A DNA stretch of 64,000 nucleotides. Source: an uncultured Flavobacteriaceae bacterium. GTDB lineage: Bacteria > Bacteroidota > Bacteroidia > Flavobacteriales > Flavobacteriaceae. Shown one piece after another: positions 16,849 to 26,463 of the stretch (the first letter of the stretch is position 1; every line of letters begins with the position of its first letter). The stretch lies in the NCBI GenBank assembly GCA_964454675.1, contig CAYVUB010000008.1, positions 15,250 to 79,249 of the forward strand, in the 5' to 3' direction. The notes beneath the pieces are model-generated. The model had not been told where the DNA came from. It saw only the letters and a program-made list of their open reading frames with translations, and searched no databases. The position numbers and the translations under genes were made by a program.

Positions 16849-17739
16849 ATGCAATTTCTCGCTTACATCTTAATTTATCCTTTTATCTGGCTCATTTCCA
16901 TTCTCCCGTTTAAATTATTGTATGCGTTTTCTGATGGGCTTTACATACTGCTGTATCACATTATCAGATACCGGAGAAAAACTGTTAAAGCCAATTTAAA
17001 TCTGGTATTTCCTGAAAAAACAGACATTGAAATATCAAAAATCACTAAAACATTTTACCATCACTTATGCGATATGATAGTTGAAGCACTAAAATCGTTG
17101 AGCATCTCTGAAAATGAAATGAAAAAGCGTTTCGTATTTTCTAATATTGAAGAAATCCATAAACTCGAAAAAGCCAATAAAAGTATCGTTCTTATGTGCG
17201 CCCATTATGGCAGCTGGGAATGGATATTTATCCTTCAAAAATACATCAACCATAAAGGCTATGCAGTATATAAGCGACTGGCAAACAAATATTTTGATAA
17301 ACTCATAAAACGCATAAGAGCAAAATATGACAGCTACCTTATTACCACAAAAGAAACCATCCCGACCTTGATTGAAGCAAAAAAACGGGGCGAATTGACC
17401 ATTAACGGTTTTGCGTCAGACCAAACACCTCATATCAGAAAAGCTTTTTATTGGACTGATTTTATGGGAATTAAAGTACCTGTACATACCGGTGCCGAAA
17501 TGCTGGCGAAAAAACTGGACATGGCAGTAGTGTTTTTTAGAGTTAAACGTCTTAAACGCGGGCATTATGAAACCACCTTTGAAACCATCACACTACAACC
17601 CAACAACTATAAGGATTATGAAATTACCGACATCTTTTTACGCTTGGTAGAACAGCAAATCCATGAAGCTCCCGAATATTATTTGTGGACGCACAAACGC
17701 TGGAAATATAAAGACCGTGTGCCTGTAGAATTTCAATAA
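16849..17739 (+). CDS. LpxL/HtrB-family lipid A (Kdo2-lipid IVA) late acyltransferase
   Basis: 296 aa. N-terminal TM segment and HX4E motif CAHYGSWEW. Confidence 0.75.
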   Translation: MQFLAYILIYPFIWLISILPFKLLYAFSDGLYILLYHIIRYRRKTVKANLNLVFPEKTDIEISKITKTFYHHLCDMIVEALKSLSISENEMKKRFVFSNIEEIHKLEKANKSIVLMCAHYGSWEWIFILQKYINHKGYAVYKRLANKYFDKLIKRIRAKYDSYLITTKETIPTLIEAKKRGELTINGFASDQTPHIRKAFYWTDFMGIKVPVHTGAEMLAKKLDMAVVFFRVKRLKRGHYETTFETITLQPNNYKDYEITDIFLRLVEQQIHEAPEYYLWTHKRWKYKDRVPVEFQ

Positions 17740-17932
17740 TAATCATTGCTACTTTTCTTTGACTGTTGTACATTGAAAATCCGTTTACAAAAAAACAATG
17801 TTTTTAACCATTAAGAAGTTAAGGTGTTTAAGACTATCATTAAGCATTTCTTAACCCCGAAACTTCAGGGCTTAATGCCTTAATGGTTTTTAAGATAGTT
17901 GAATATTAGAAAGTAATTTTTTTAAGACTATA

Positions 17933-19435
17933 TTATTTGGATAATTCAAACCAGTCGTCAATTGGTGTTTCGGCATCCCGATTTGATTGATGCACAAACT
18001 CATTTGTGGATTTGTTGTACTCGTAATCTTTTGCCCAATCCGGAAAATTTTCAGATAACGCTTTGATGCTTTCACACACATAAGCAATTTCTTTATTGGT
18101 CGTTGTGGGATGAATGGACATACGTATCCAACCCGGTTTTCGGGTCAATTCTCCAAGGGAAATTTCATTGGTCAATTCGTGCGAAGTTTCCATATCCACA
18201 TGCAGCAGAAAATGCCCGTAAGTACCGGCACAACTACAGCCACCACGTGTTTGGATGCCAAATTTATCGTTCAATAATTTCACACCCAAATTGTAATGCA
18301 AATCATCAATATAAAACGAAATAACACCTAACCTGTCTTTATGCTGGCCTGCCAAAATATGCAGATTATCAATACCTCCTAATTGTTCAAAAATAATAGA
18401 GACAATCTCATGCTCGCGTTTTAACATATTGGCAACGCCCATTTGCTCTTTCAGTTTGATAGCCAAAGCGGTTTTGATGGTTTGCAAAAATCCCGGAGTT
18501 CCACCATCTTCTCTATCTTCAATATTGTCAATGTATTTATGCTCGCCCCAAGGATTAGTCCAACTTACGGTGCCACCACCTGGGCAATCGGGAATCATGT
18601 TTTTATATAATTTCTTATTAAAAATCAACACGCCTGAAGTTCCGGGCCCACCTAAAAACTTATGCGGCGAAAAGAAAATAGCATCCAAAGCTTTGCTCTC
18701 ATCTTCAGGATGCATATCGATGTCCACATACGGTGCCGAACACGCAAAATCCACAAAACATACGCCATCGTGTTTGTGCATCAATTGCGCAATTTCGTGA
18801 TACGGTGTTTGAATACCTGTCACGTTTGAACCCGCAATTACAGAAGCAATTTTAAGCGTGCAATCTTTATATTTTAATAAAAGTTGTTCTAAGTTTTTTA
18901 AACTGAACAAACCATCAGCCGCTGGCGGAACAACCTCAACCTTGGCAATGGTTTCCAGCCAAGAAGTTTGATTGGAATGATGTTCCATGTGGGTAATAAA
19001 CACCACTGGACGGATTTCATCGGGAACATTGGTAAACTTCTGAAGGTTTTCAGGAATTTTCAAGCCCAAAATCCGTTGAAATTTATTGATTACGCCTGTC
19101 ATTCCTGTTCCGGTCATAATCAACACATCATCATCATTGCTGTTAACGTGTTCTTTAATAATATGTTTCGCTTTATGATAAGCCTGCGTCATGGCAGTGC
19201 CCGAAACCGTGGTCTCGGTATGGGTATTGGCCACAAAAGGCCCAAAATCGTTACTAAGCTTTTCTTCAATGGGCCGGTACAGCCTCCCTGAAGCCGTCCA
19301 ATCCGTGTAAATGATTTTCTGCTTGCCAAATGCCGACTGAAATTCTTGATCTACACCAATAATATGCTGCCTGAATTGTTGAAAATAGGTTTCCAATTCG
19401 GTCAGCGTCGCTTTTGATGTTTCTGTAGAAATCAT
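17933..19435 (-). CDS. Class V aminotransferase-fold PLP enzyme (cysteine desulfurase/selenocysteine lyase-like)
   Basis: 500 aa. PLP-lysine motif FSPHKFLGGPGTSGVL. Confidence 0.8.
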   Translation of the reverse strand: MISTETSKATLTELETYFQQFRQHIIGVDQEFQSAFGKQKIIYTDWTASGRLYRPIEEKLSNDFGPFVANTHTETTVSGTAMTQAYHKAKHIIKEHVNSNDDDVLIMTGTGMTGVINKFQRILGLKIPENLQKFTNVPDEIRPVVFITHMEHHSNQTSWLETIAKVEVVPPAADGLFSLKNLEQLLLKYKDCTLKIASVIAGSNVTGIQTPYHEIAQLMHKHDGVCFVDFACSAPYVDIDMHPEDESKALDAIFFSPHKFLGGPGTSGVLIFNKKLYKNMIPDCPGGGTVSWTNPWGEHKYIDNIEDREDGGTPGFLQTIKTALAIKLKEQMGVANMLKREHEIVSIIFEQLGGIDNLHILAGQHKDRLGVISFYIDDLHYNLGVKLLNDKFGIQTRGGCSCAGTYGHFLLHVDMETSHELTNEISLGELTRKPGWIRMSIHPTTTNKEIAYVCESIKALSENFPDWAKDYEYNKSTNEFVHQSNRDAETPIDDWFELSK

Positions 19436-19446
19436 AGTACTAAATA

Positions 19447-19660
19447 TGTTTTGGGCGTTACCCTTTTCCGCTAAAGCTACAAAAGGTCGGGCTTTTCGTT
19501 ACAATCTTTTGTTCGTGCCTCACAAAAGGATTTCCACTTCAATCCCTAACGCAGATTCGGATTTGCAAATACAATTCGTTAGTGTCAGTTCGAGTGTTTT
19601 TAGATTTTGACTCAAAGTCAATGGCTAAAAAATGTATCGAGAGCAATCAACCGCAAAGGT
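19447..19660. repeat. REP-like intergenic repeat patch (two related hairpin-forming units plus a second module)
   Basis: Units ACAAAAGGTCGGGCTTTTCGTTACAATC and ACAAAAGGATTTCCACTTCAATCC. CTTTT/AAAAG stems. Downstream module GTCAGTTCGAGTG...TGTATCGAGAG. Confidence 0.5.
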
Positions 19661-19661
19661 A

Positions 19662-21050
19662 CTAAATATTTGCAATGGCTTTAATTTCACTAATGATTTT
19701 ATCTGCCAAAGCATCGGCTTCTTCCTGCGTTGGTGCTTCGGTATAAATACGGATAATAGGCTCTGTATTGCTCTTTCTTAAATGTACCCAACTGTGTGAG
19801 AAGTTAATTTTAACACCATCTATGGTTGATACATCTTCGTTTTGATAACGTTGCGTCATCGCTTTCAAAATAGCATCCACATCTAAAGTTGGCGTCAGCT
19901 CAATTTTCTTTTTGCTCATAAAATAATTAGGGTAGCTCGCTCTCAAAGCACTAACGCTCATTTGCTTTTCAGCCAATAAACTCAGGAACAACGCCACGCC
20001 TACCAAGGCATCACGCCCATAATGCAACTCAGGGTAGATTATGCCGCCGTTGCCTTCGCCACCGATGATGGCTTTATTTTTTTTCATCAATTCAACCACA
20101 TTCACTTCGCCTACCGCACTGGCTTCATACATTCCGCCGTGTTTTTCGGTCACATCGCGCAACGCTCTTGTTGAGCTCATATTGCTTACCGTATTTCCCG
20201 GTGTTTTGCTCAGCACATAATCGGCGCAAGCCACCAATGTATATTCTTCTCCAAACATCTCACCGTTTTCATCCATAAACGCCAGCCTGTCAACATCAGG
20301 GTCCACCACGATGCCTAAATCGGCTTTTTCCTTGACAACGGCTTGTGACAAATCGGTTAAATGTTCTTTTAAAGGCTCAGGATTGTGAGGAAAATGTCCG
20401 TTAGGCTCACAATACAGCTTTACGGTATGCACACCCAAACGCTCTAATAGCAACGGAATAACAATGCCTCCGGTAGAATTCACACCGTCAACCACCACTT
20501 TAAAACGTGCCGCTTCAACAGCTTTTTTGTTTACCAACGGAAGTTTTAGAACCTCATCAATATGTAAATCGATATACGCCTGATTTTTGGTGATTTTCCC
20601 CAAATTGTCAACGTCTGCAAATGTCATGGTATCGGTTTCGGCTATTTCCAGAATCTTAGCACCTTCGGCACCACTTAAAAATTCACCTTTTGCATTTAAG
20701 AGTTTCAAAGCATTCCATTGCTTCGGGTTATGGCTTGCCGTGAGAATAATTCCGCCATCGGCATGTTCCATAGGTACGGCAACTTCCACCGTAGGTGTTG
20801 TGGACAACCCCAAATCAATAACATGGATTCCCAATCCTACCAAAGTATTCATTACCAAATTTTGAATCATCTCTCCGGAAATTCGGGCATCTCTGCCCAC
20901 AACTACCCTGTAAGTGTCTTTTTGACGTTGCTGCTTCAACCACACACCATAGGCTGCGGCAAATTTTACAGCATCCACAGGTGTTAAATTATCACCAACT
21001 GTTCCGCCAATGGTACCGCGAATACCTGATATAGATTTTATAAGTGTCAT
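19662..21050 (-). CDS. glmM: Phosphoglucosamine mutase
   Basis: 462 aa. Phosphoserine loop TASHNPKQWN and Mg site DPDVDR. Confidence 0.9.
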   Translation of the reverse strand: MTLIKSISGIRGTIGGTVGDNLTPVDAVKFAAAYGVWLKQQRQKDTYRVVVGRDARISGEMIQNLVMNTLVGLGIHVIDLGLSTTPTVEVAVPMEHADGGIILTASHNPKQWNALKLLNAKGEFLSGAEGAKILEIAETDTMTFADVDNLGKITKNQAYIDLHIDEVLKLPLVNKKAVEAARFKVVVDGVNSTGGIVIPLLLERLGVHTVKLYCEPNGHFPHNPEPLKEHLTDLSQAVVKEKADLGIVVDPDVDRLAFMDENGEMFGEEYTLVACADYVLSKTPGNTVSNMSSTRALRDVTEKHGGMYEASAVGEVNVVELMKKNKAIIGGEGNGGIIYPELHYGRDALVGVALFLSLLAEKQMSVSALRASYPNYFMSKKKIELTPTLDVDAILKAMTQRYQNEDVSTIDGVKINFSHSWVHLRKSNTEPIIRIYTEAPTQEEADALADKIISEIKAIANI

Positions 21051-21196
21051 AATGTTTTTTTGATTATTACGTCACAAATATACAATTACAAATTGTTTTT
21101 TTGTGAGTTGTTAAGTGCATCATATCTTCCGGATTCAATCAAAAAATCTTGGTTCTTGATTCTTGATACTTGGTTCTTAATTCGTAATTTTCCCAA

Positions 21197-21802
21197 ATGA
21201 ATTTTTTAGCACATATATATCTTTCCGGAAATAATAAATTGGTAACCATCGGTAATTTTATTGCTGACGGCATCAAAGGAAAAGACTATAAAAACTTTCC
21301 CGACGGCATTCAGATTGGCATACTATTGCATCGTGAGATAGACACATTTACCGATGCGCATCCGATAGTAAGGCAAAGCACCAAACGTTTACATAAAAAC
21401 TACGGGCATTACAGCGGTGTTATTGTAGATATCTTGTATGACCATTTTCTGGCAAAAAACTGGAATACCTATTCAGATATTCCACTTGAAACTTATGTAA
21501 ATGAGTTTTACGACCTGCTCGATGCCCATTATGAGATGTTACCTTTACGAACCAAAAAACTGATACCTTTTATGCTTGCCGGTAACTGGCTGCTGAATTA
21601 CGCAAAAATTGAAGGCATACAAAATGTTTTGAACGGTATGAACCAACGAACAAAATTTGTTTCGGGTATGGATAGTGCTACTAATGAACTTAAAGAATAT
21701 TATAACGAATTTGAACAGGAATTTACTGCTTTTTTTGAAGAATTGCGTCAGTTTTCTTCAACTAAATTAAACGAAATTACCTCACAATACACGCACAAAT
21801 GA
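21197..21802 (+). CDS. acpH: Acyl carrier protein phosphodiesterase
   Basis: 201 aa. Characteristic N-terminus MNFLAHIYLSG. Confidence 0.75.
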   Translation: MNFLAHIYLSGNNKLVTIGNFIADGIKGKDYKNFPDGIQIGILLHREIDTFTDAHPIVRQSTKRLHKNYGHYSGVIVDILYDHFLAKNWNTYSDIPLETYVNEFYDLLDAHYEMLPLRTKKLIPFMLAGNWLLNYAKIEGIQNVLNGMNQRTKFVSGMDSATNELKEYYNEFEQEFTAFFEELRQFSSTKLNEITSQYTHK

Positions 21803-21999
21803 AACAAACACCTGTTTTCAGAAACTAAAACAGCATCCCGGCACTAAGCAACAATACACTTAAATAAAAAATAAGACAGGTATTACAACGATGCTATCTT
21901 AAAATTATAAATCACTAATAATCAGCATAAATATAAAATTATTGAATTTTATTAAAATTGAATTATTGTTAACTTAACCATTTCTTAACATTGCACTCG

Positions 22000-22007
22000 T
22001 AATTTTG
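22000..22007 (+). promoter_or_regulatory. -7 box TAATTTTG, 20 nt upstream of the DUF47 gene
   Basis: Matches TAnnTTTG. Confidence 0.45.
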
Positions 22008-22027
22008 CACCTCAATTTATAAGAGAT

Positions 22028-22672
22028 ATGTCACTAAATGCTATTTTTCAATTTTTAGTTCCAAAGGATAAAAAATTCTTTCCGCTTTTTGAACAAGCCA
22101 CTCATAATTTAATTTTACTGGCAGAAGCCGTAAATGAAGTTGTAAATGCTCCTAAGGACAAAAGAGAAGAATATTTCATCAAGATAGAAGAATTAGAAGC
22201 AAAACTTGAAGAAATCACTCATAAAACCCACATTGAGTTAAGTACAAATTTTATCACGCCTTTTGACAGAGAAGATATATACTCTTTGGTAAAAGCAATG
22301 GATAATGTAGCCGATTATATGCATGGTGCCGCCAGCAGAATGAGATTGTATCAGGTAGAAAAAATCACAAAATCTATACGAAAGCTTACTGAGGTTAATC
22401 TTGAAGCATGCCAATTAATAGGCGTTGCCGTAACAGAATTAAAAGGGATGAAAAACCTGAAAGCCGTTACCAATGCCTGTACCAAAATAAGTAAATTGGA
22501 AGCAAAAGCCGATACTATTTTTGACAAAGCGGTTGCCGATATTTTTGAAAACGAAACAGATGCCAAAAACATCATCAAGTACAAAGAAGTGCTTTCTGCA
22601 TTGGAAACAGCATCAGACAAATGTAAAGGCGTTGCCAATGTATTGGAACAAATTTCTGTAAAACATTCATAA
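22028..22672 (+). CDS. DUF47/PhoU-like phosphate transport regulator
   Basis: 214 aa helical protein immediately upstream of a PiT transporter, the usual pairing. Confidence 0.7.
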   Translation: MSLNAIFQFLVPKDKKFFPLFEQATHNLILLAEAVNEVVNAPKDKREEYFIKIEELEAKLEEITHKTHIELSTNFITPFDREDIYSLVKAMDNVADYMHGAASRMRLYQVEKITKSIRKLTEVNLEACQLIGVAVTELKGMKNLKAVTNACTKISKLEAKADTIFDKAVADIFENETDAKNIIKYKEVLSALETASDKCKGVANVLEQISVKHS

Positions 22673-22696
22673 ACATCATATAACTTCATAGCGTTT

Positions 22697-23758
22697 ATGG
22701 ATTTGACTTTACTTATCATAATCATCGTTTTAGCCTTAATTTTTGACTATATCAACGGTTTTCACGATGCTGCAAATTCTATTGCTACCATTGTAGCCAC
22801 AAAAGTTTTAAGCCCTTTTCAAGCCGTACTTTGGGCGGCATTTTTTAACTTCATGGCCTATTTTATCTCCAAATACTGGATTGGAGAATTTAAAATAGGT
22901 AATACGATTGCCAAGACCGTTTCGGAAGATTTCATTACCCTTGAAGTTATTTTTGCCGGACTTATAGCGGCTATTGTGTGGAACTTGTTAACCTGGAAAT
23001 TAGGTATTCCATCATCATCATCACACACACTTATTGGTGGTTTTATGGGTGCTGCCTTAATGCATGCCTATATGATTTCGGGCGATTTGAATATGGTGGT
23101 AAATTACACTAAAGTGCTTCCTATCATCGCTTTTATATTTCTGGCGCCAACCATTGGTATGTTTGTAGCCTATCTTCTCACTGTGGCAATAATGTGGATA
23201 TGCCGGAAAACAAATCCGCACAAAGCCGACAAATGGTTTAGACGTTTACAGCTTGTTTCATCGGCGCTCTTCAGTTTGGGTCATGGTGCCAATGATGCGC
23301 AAAAAGTAATGGGTATTATTGGCGCGGCTGTGATTTTTTATCACATAAATGCCGGACATGCCGATTGGATAAACCACCCCGATCAATTTGGTTATTTTGT
23401 TGACCAATGGGGTTGGGTACCGTTTACTTCCTTCTTGGTTATCGCACTTGGTACTATGAGCGGCGGATGGAAAATCGTAAAAACAATGGGGTCAAAAATC
23501 ACCAAAGTAACCTCTCTGGAAGGTGTAAGTGCAGAAACAGCCGGAGCCATCACGCTTTATGTTTCTGAACATTTTGGTATTCCGGTGTCAACGACACATA
23601 CTATTACGGGAAGTATTATAGGTGTTGGTATTACAAAACGTATATCGGCCGTGCGTTGGGGCGTGACCATAAAACTGCTTTGGGCATGGATACTTACCAT
23701 TCCTGTATCGGCAGTTATTGCAGGATTAACATATCTTTTGATAAAAGCTATTCTGTAG
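22697..23758 (+). CDS. Inorganic phosphate transporter, PiT family
   Basis: 353 aa. Signature NGFHDAANSIAT and a repeated GANDAQK motif. Confidence 0.9.
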   Translation: MDLTLLIIIIVLALIFDYINGFHDAANSIATIVATKVLSPFQAVLWAAFFNFMAYFISKYWIGEFKIGNTIAKTVSEDFITLEVIFAGLIAAIVWNLLTWKLGIPSSSSHTLIGGFMGAALMHAYMISGDLNMVVNYTKVLPIIAFIFLAPTIGMFVAYLLTVAIMWICRKTNPHKADKWFRRLQLVSSALFSLGHGANDAQKVMGIIGAAVIFYHINAGHADWINHPDQFGYFVDQWGWVPFTSFLVIALGTMSGGWKIVKTMGSKITKVTSLEGVSAETAGAITLYVSEHFGIPVSTTHTITGSIIGVGITKRISAVRWGVTIKLLWAWILTIPVSAVIAGLTYLLIKAIL

Positions 23759-23874
23759 TACTACCGTTATTATTCAGTAACTGTTTAAATTTCTGCTCAT
23801 CGTTTTTGCTTTATCGAATCCTATGGCATTAACATACAAAAAGTTTATATATTTACATAACAACAATCTTTGTT

Positions 23875-24576
23875 ATGAATATAAAACGTATTATTAAAAT
23901 AGTTGTCGGCATCATCATTTTTATGACCTTGCCCGGTATGCTGCTGTACGGTTTTTTATATTATAAATACAATGAAGATTTACCTGTAGGCATCAAAGGC
24001 AAAGAAGCAGATGTACTGGCATCAAAAATGCTTAATGCTTTAAACTCTCAGGCATACGACAATACCGGTTTTATTGAATGGACCTTTAAAAGCAGGCGGC
24101 ATTATAAATGGAAAAAAAACGAGTATAAATGCACCATATACTGGGGAGATTTTAAAGTATTTCTCGATTTCAAAAACGCTGCTTCAAACAAGGCTTATAT
24201 CCATAATTTTAAGGTAAACGGAGAGCAGGCTCAGGAATTAATAACTGAGGCAACCGACTATTTTTTTAACGATTCTTTCTGGCTGGCAGCACCTTATAAA
24301 GTATTTGACGAAGGTACAGAACGCCAAGCGGTAACTTTGGATAATGACAATCAAGGTTTGCTGGTTAGCTATAGCGCCGGAGATTCATACTTATGGTTAT
24401 TGGACAATGAATATAAACCCAAAGCCTTCAAAATGTGGAGTTCAAAACTTCCTATTCAAGGATTGGAAGCCTCTTGGGATAATTGGATTGTAACCGAAAG
24501 CAACGCACAATTACCCACAGCTCACAGATTTTTAATTTCCGGCATAGAACTGGATATCATGAGCGGAAAACATTAA
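23875..24576 (+). CDS. Hypothetical membrane-anchored protein
   Basis: 233 aa. N-terminal TM segment. No motif recognised. Confidence 0.55.
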   Translation: MNIKRIIKIVVGIIIFMTLPGMLLYGFLYYKYNEDLPVGIKGKEADVLASKMLNALNSQAYDNTGFIEWTFKSRRHYKWKKNEYKCTIYWGDFKVFLDFKNAASNKAYIHNFKVNGEQAQELITEATDYFFNDSFWLAAPYKVFDEGTERQAVTLDNDNQGLLVSYSAGDSYLWLLDNEYKPKAFKMWSSKLPIQGLEASWDNWIVTESNAQLPTAHRFLISGIELDIMSGKH

Positions 24577-24585
24577 TACTAATTT

Positions 24586-26367
24586 ATGAAAATACTCTGG
24601 AATTACCTTAAACCGCAACGGGCAACCGTTATTTTATCGCTGTTACTGGCAACCCTGGCACAGTTACTTAATTTAATAGACCCGATTATTTTTGGAAAAA
24701 TCATTGATGATTATGCGACAAACACTCATAACTTATCGGAAGACGAACGTGTAAACGGAGCATTATTCTGGCTGGGTATTGCTATTCTTGTTGCGGTTAC
24801 CTCACGATTGGCAAAGGCTTTTCAGGAGTATTTGACAAATAAGGCTGTTTATAAATTCGGGATGCAGATTTTTAACGACGGTATCAAGCAAACCTTACGG
24901 TTATCGTTTCAGGAATTTGAAGAAAGCAGAAGCGGCGAAACATTATCTATACTGCAAAAAGTAAAGCGTGATACAGAACGTTTTGTAAGTGCTTTTATCT
25001 CTATTTTATTTTCATCGGTGGTGGGCATCGGGTTTTTAATCTGGTACAGCATTACCAAAAGCTGGCTGTTAATCCCCGTATTTTTAATTGGCGTAGTAAT
25101 TTTAGGAACACTGACAGGAACGCTTTCAAAAAAAATAAAAACACTGCAACGTTCTATCAACAAAGAAACCAATCAGATTTCCGGAGTTATTACCGAAAGT
25201 CTTCGCAATATCGAATTGGTAAAAAGCCTGGGCTTGACCTTTCCCGAAATACGCCGCATGAACTTACAAACCGAAAGTATTTACAAGCTGGAAATGGCAA
25301 AAGTGGAACGCATGCGGACTTTGTCTTTTTTACAAAGTATCACGCTTAACGTGCTGCAACAATCCATTTTGTTTATTCTGCTGTGGCTCATTTTTAGAAA
25401 TGTGCTTTCTACGGGCGAGCTTATTGCCATGCAATTCATTTCTACCAGTATTTTTGGCCCTTTACAAAATTTAGGCTCTATCATTATACAATACCGCGAA
25501 GTTGACGCATCCCTCAATAATTTTCAAACCTTGATGAATAAGCCCATTGATAAACGCCCCGAAAATCCGGTAGAAATAGATGCTTTGCAAAGCATCCGGT
25601 TTAAAAATGTGACTTTTAAACATAAAAAAGCAGCCTACAATGCCATTGACGGAATATCGTTTGACGTAAAAATTGGGCAGACCATTGCTTTTGTGGGACC
25701 GTCAGGTTCCGGAAAATCGACACTTATCAAACTCTTGGTGGGCTTGTACCAACCTATTGACGGACAAATTATGTTTAATGATGTACCATCTGATAAAATC
25801 CGATACAATCCGCTGCGACGGCAAATGGGCTTTGTAACACAGGACACCCAACTGTTTGCCGGTACCATAAAAGACAATCTGCTGTTTGTAAAAACCGATG
25901 CTACCGATGACGAAATCATGTCGGCTCTGGAAAAAGCATCAGCATCGCAGCTAATTGCAAAAGCCGATAAAGGCATCAATACGGTTTTGGGCGAAAACGG
26001 CATGAAACTTTCCGGCGGCGAAAAGCAGCGTATTTCCATTGCCAGAGCATTACTGCGAAAACCGAGGCTGCTTATTTTTGACGAAGCCACATCGGCATTG
26101 GATTCACTCACAGAAAAAGACATTACTAATACTATCCAGGCTATTTCCAAAAACCAGGAACAAATAAGCATCTTGATTGCCCACAGATTATCGACCATCA
26201 TGCACGCCGATACGATTTACGTTTTAGAAAAAGGCAAAATCGTAGAATCGGGCTCATACAATGACCTGCTGGAACAAAAAGGCTTGTTTTATGCCATGTG
26301 GCGTCAGCAAATGGGCGAACGCCGTGATAGAGAACTTGAGTTAAACCAAATAAGTCTGATACAGTAA
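24586..26367 (+). CDS. ABC exporter, fused permease/ATPase (MsbA-like)
   Basis: 593 aa. Walker A GPSGSGKST, signature LSGGEKQRISIARAL, Walker B LLIFDEATSALD. Confidence 0.9.
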   Translation: MKILWNYLKPQRATVILSLLLATLAQLLNLIDPIIFGKIIDDYATNTHNLSEDERVNGALFWLGIAILVAVTSRLAKAFQEYLTNKAVYKFGMQIFNDGIKQTLRLSFQEFEESRSGETLSILQKVKRDTERFVSAFISILFSSVVGIGFLIWYSITKSWLLIPVFLIGVVILGTLTGTLSKKIKTLQRSINKETNQISGVITESLRNIELVKSLGLTFPEIRRMNLQTESIYKLEMAKVERMRTLSFLQSITLNVLQQSILFILLWLIFRNVLSTGELIAMQFISTSIFGPLQNLGSIIIQYREVDASLNNFQTLMNKPIDKRPENPVEIDALQSIRFKNVTFKHKKAAYNAIDGISFDVKIGQTIAFVGPSGSGKSTLIKLLVGLYQPIDGQIMFNDVPSDKIRYNPLRRQMGFVTQDTQLFAGTIKDNLLFVKTDATDDEIMSALEKASASQLIAKADKGINTVLGENGMKLSGGEKQRISIARALLRKPRLLIFDEATSALDSLTEKDITNTIQAISKNQEQISILIAHRLSTIMHADTIYVLEKGKIVESGSYNDLLEQKGLFYAMWRQQMGERRDRELELNQISLIQ

Positions 26368-26421
26368 CATTTTTAACAAAACTCTCTACAACCTACACTT
26401 CCTTTTTCACTGCTAAATCTG

Positions 26422-26429
26422 TACCTTTG
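26422..26429 (+). promoter_or_regulatory. -7 box TACCTTTG upstream of uvrA
   Basis: Matches TAnnTTTG, 34 nt before ATG 26464. Confidence 0.4.
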
Positions 26430-26463
26430 CAACTTTGCTGTTTTGCAGGCAAATTACTGTGCT

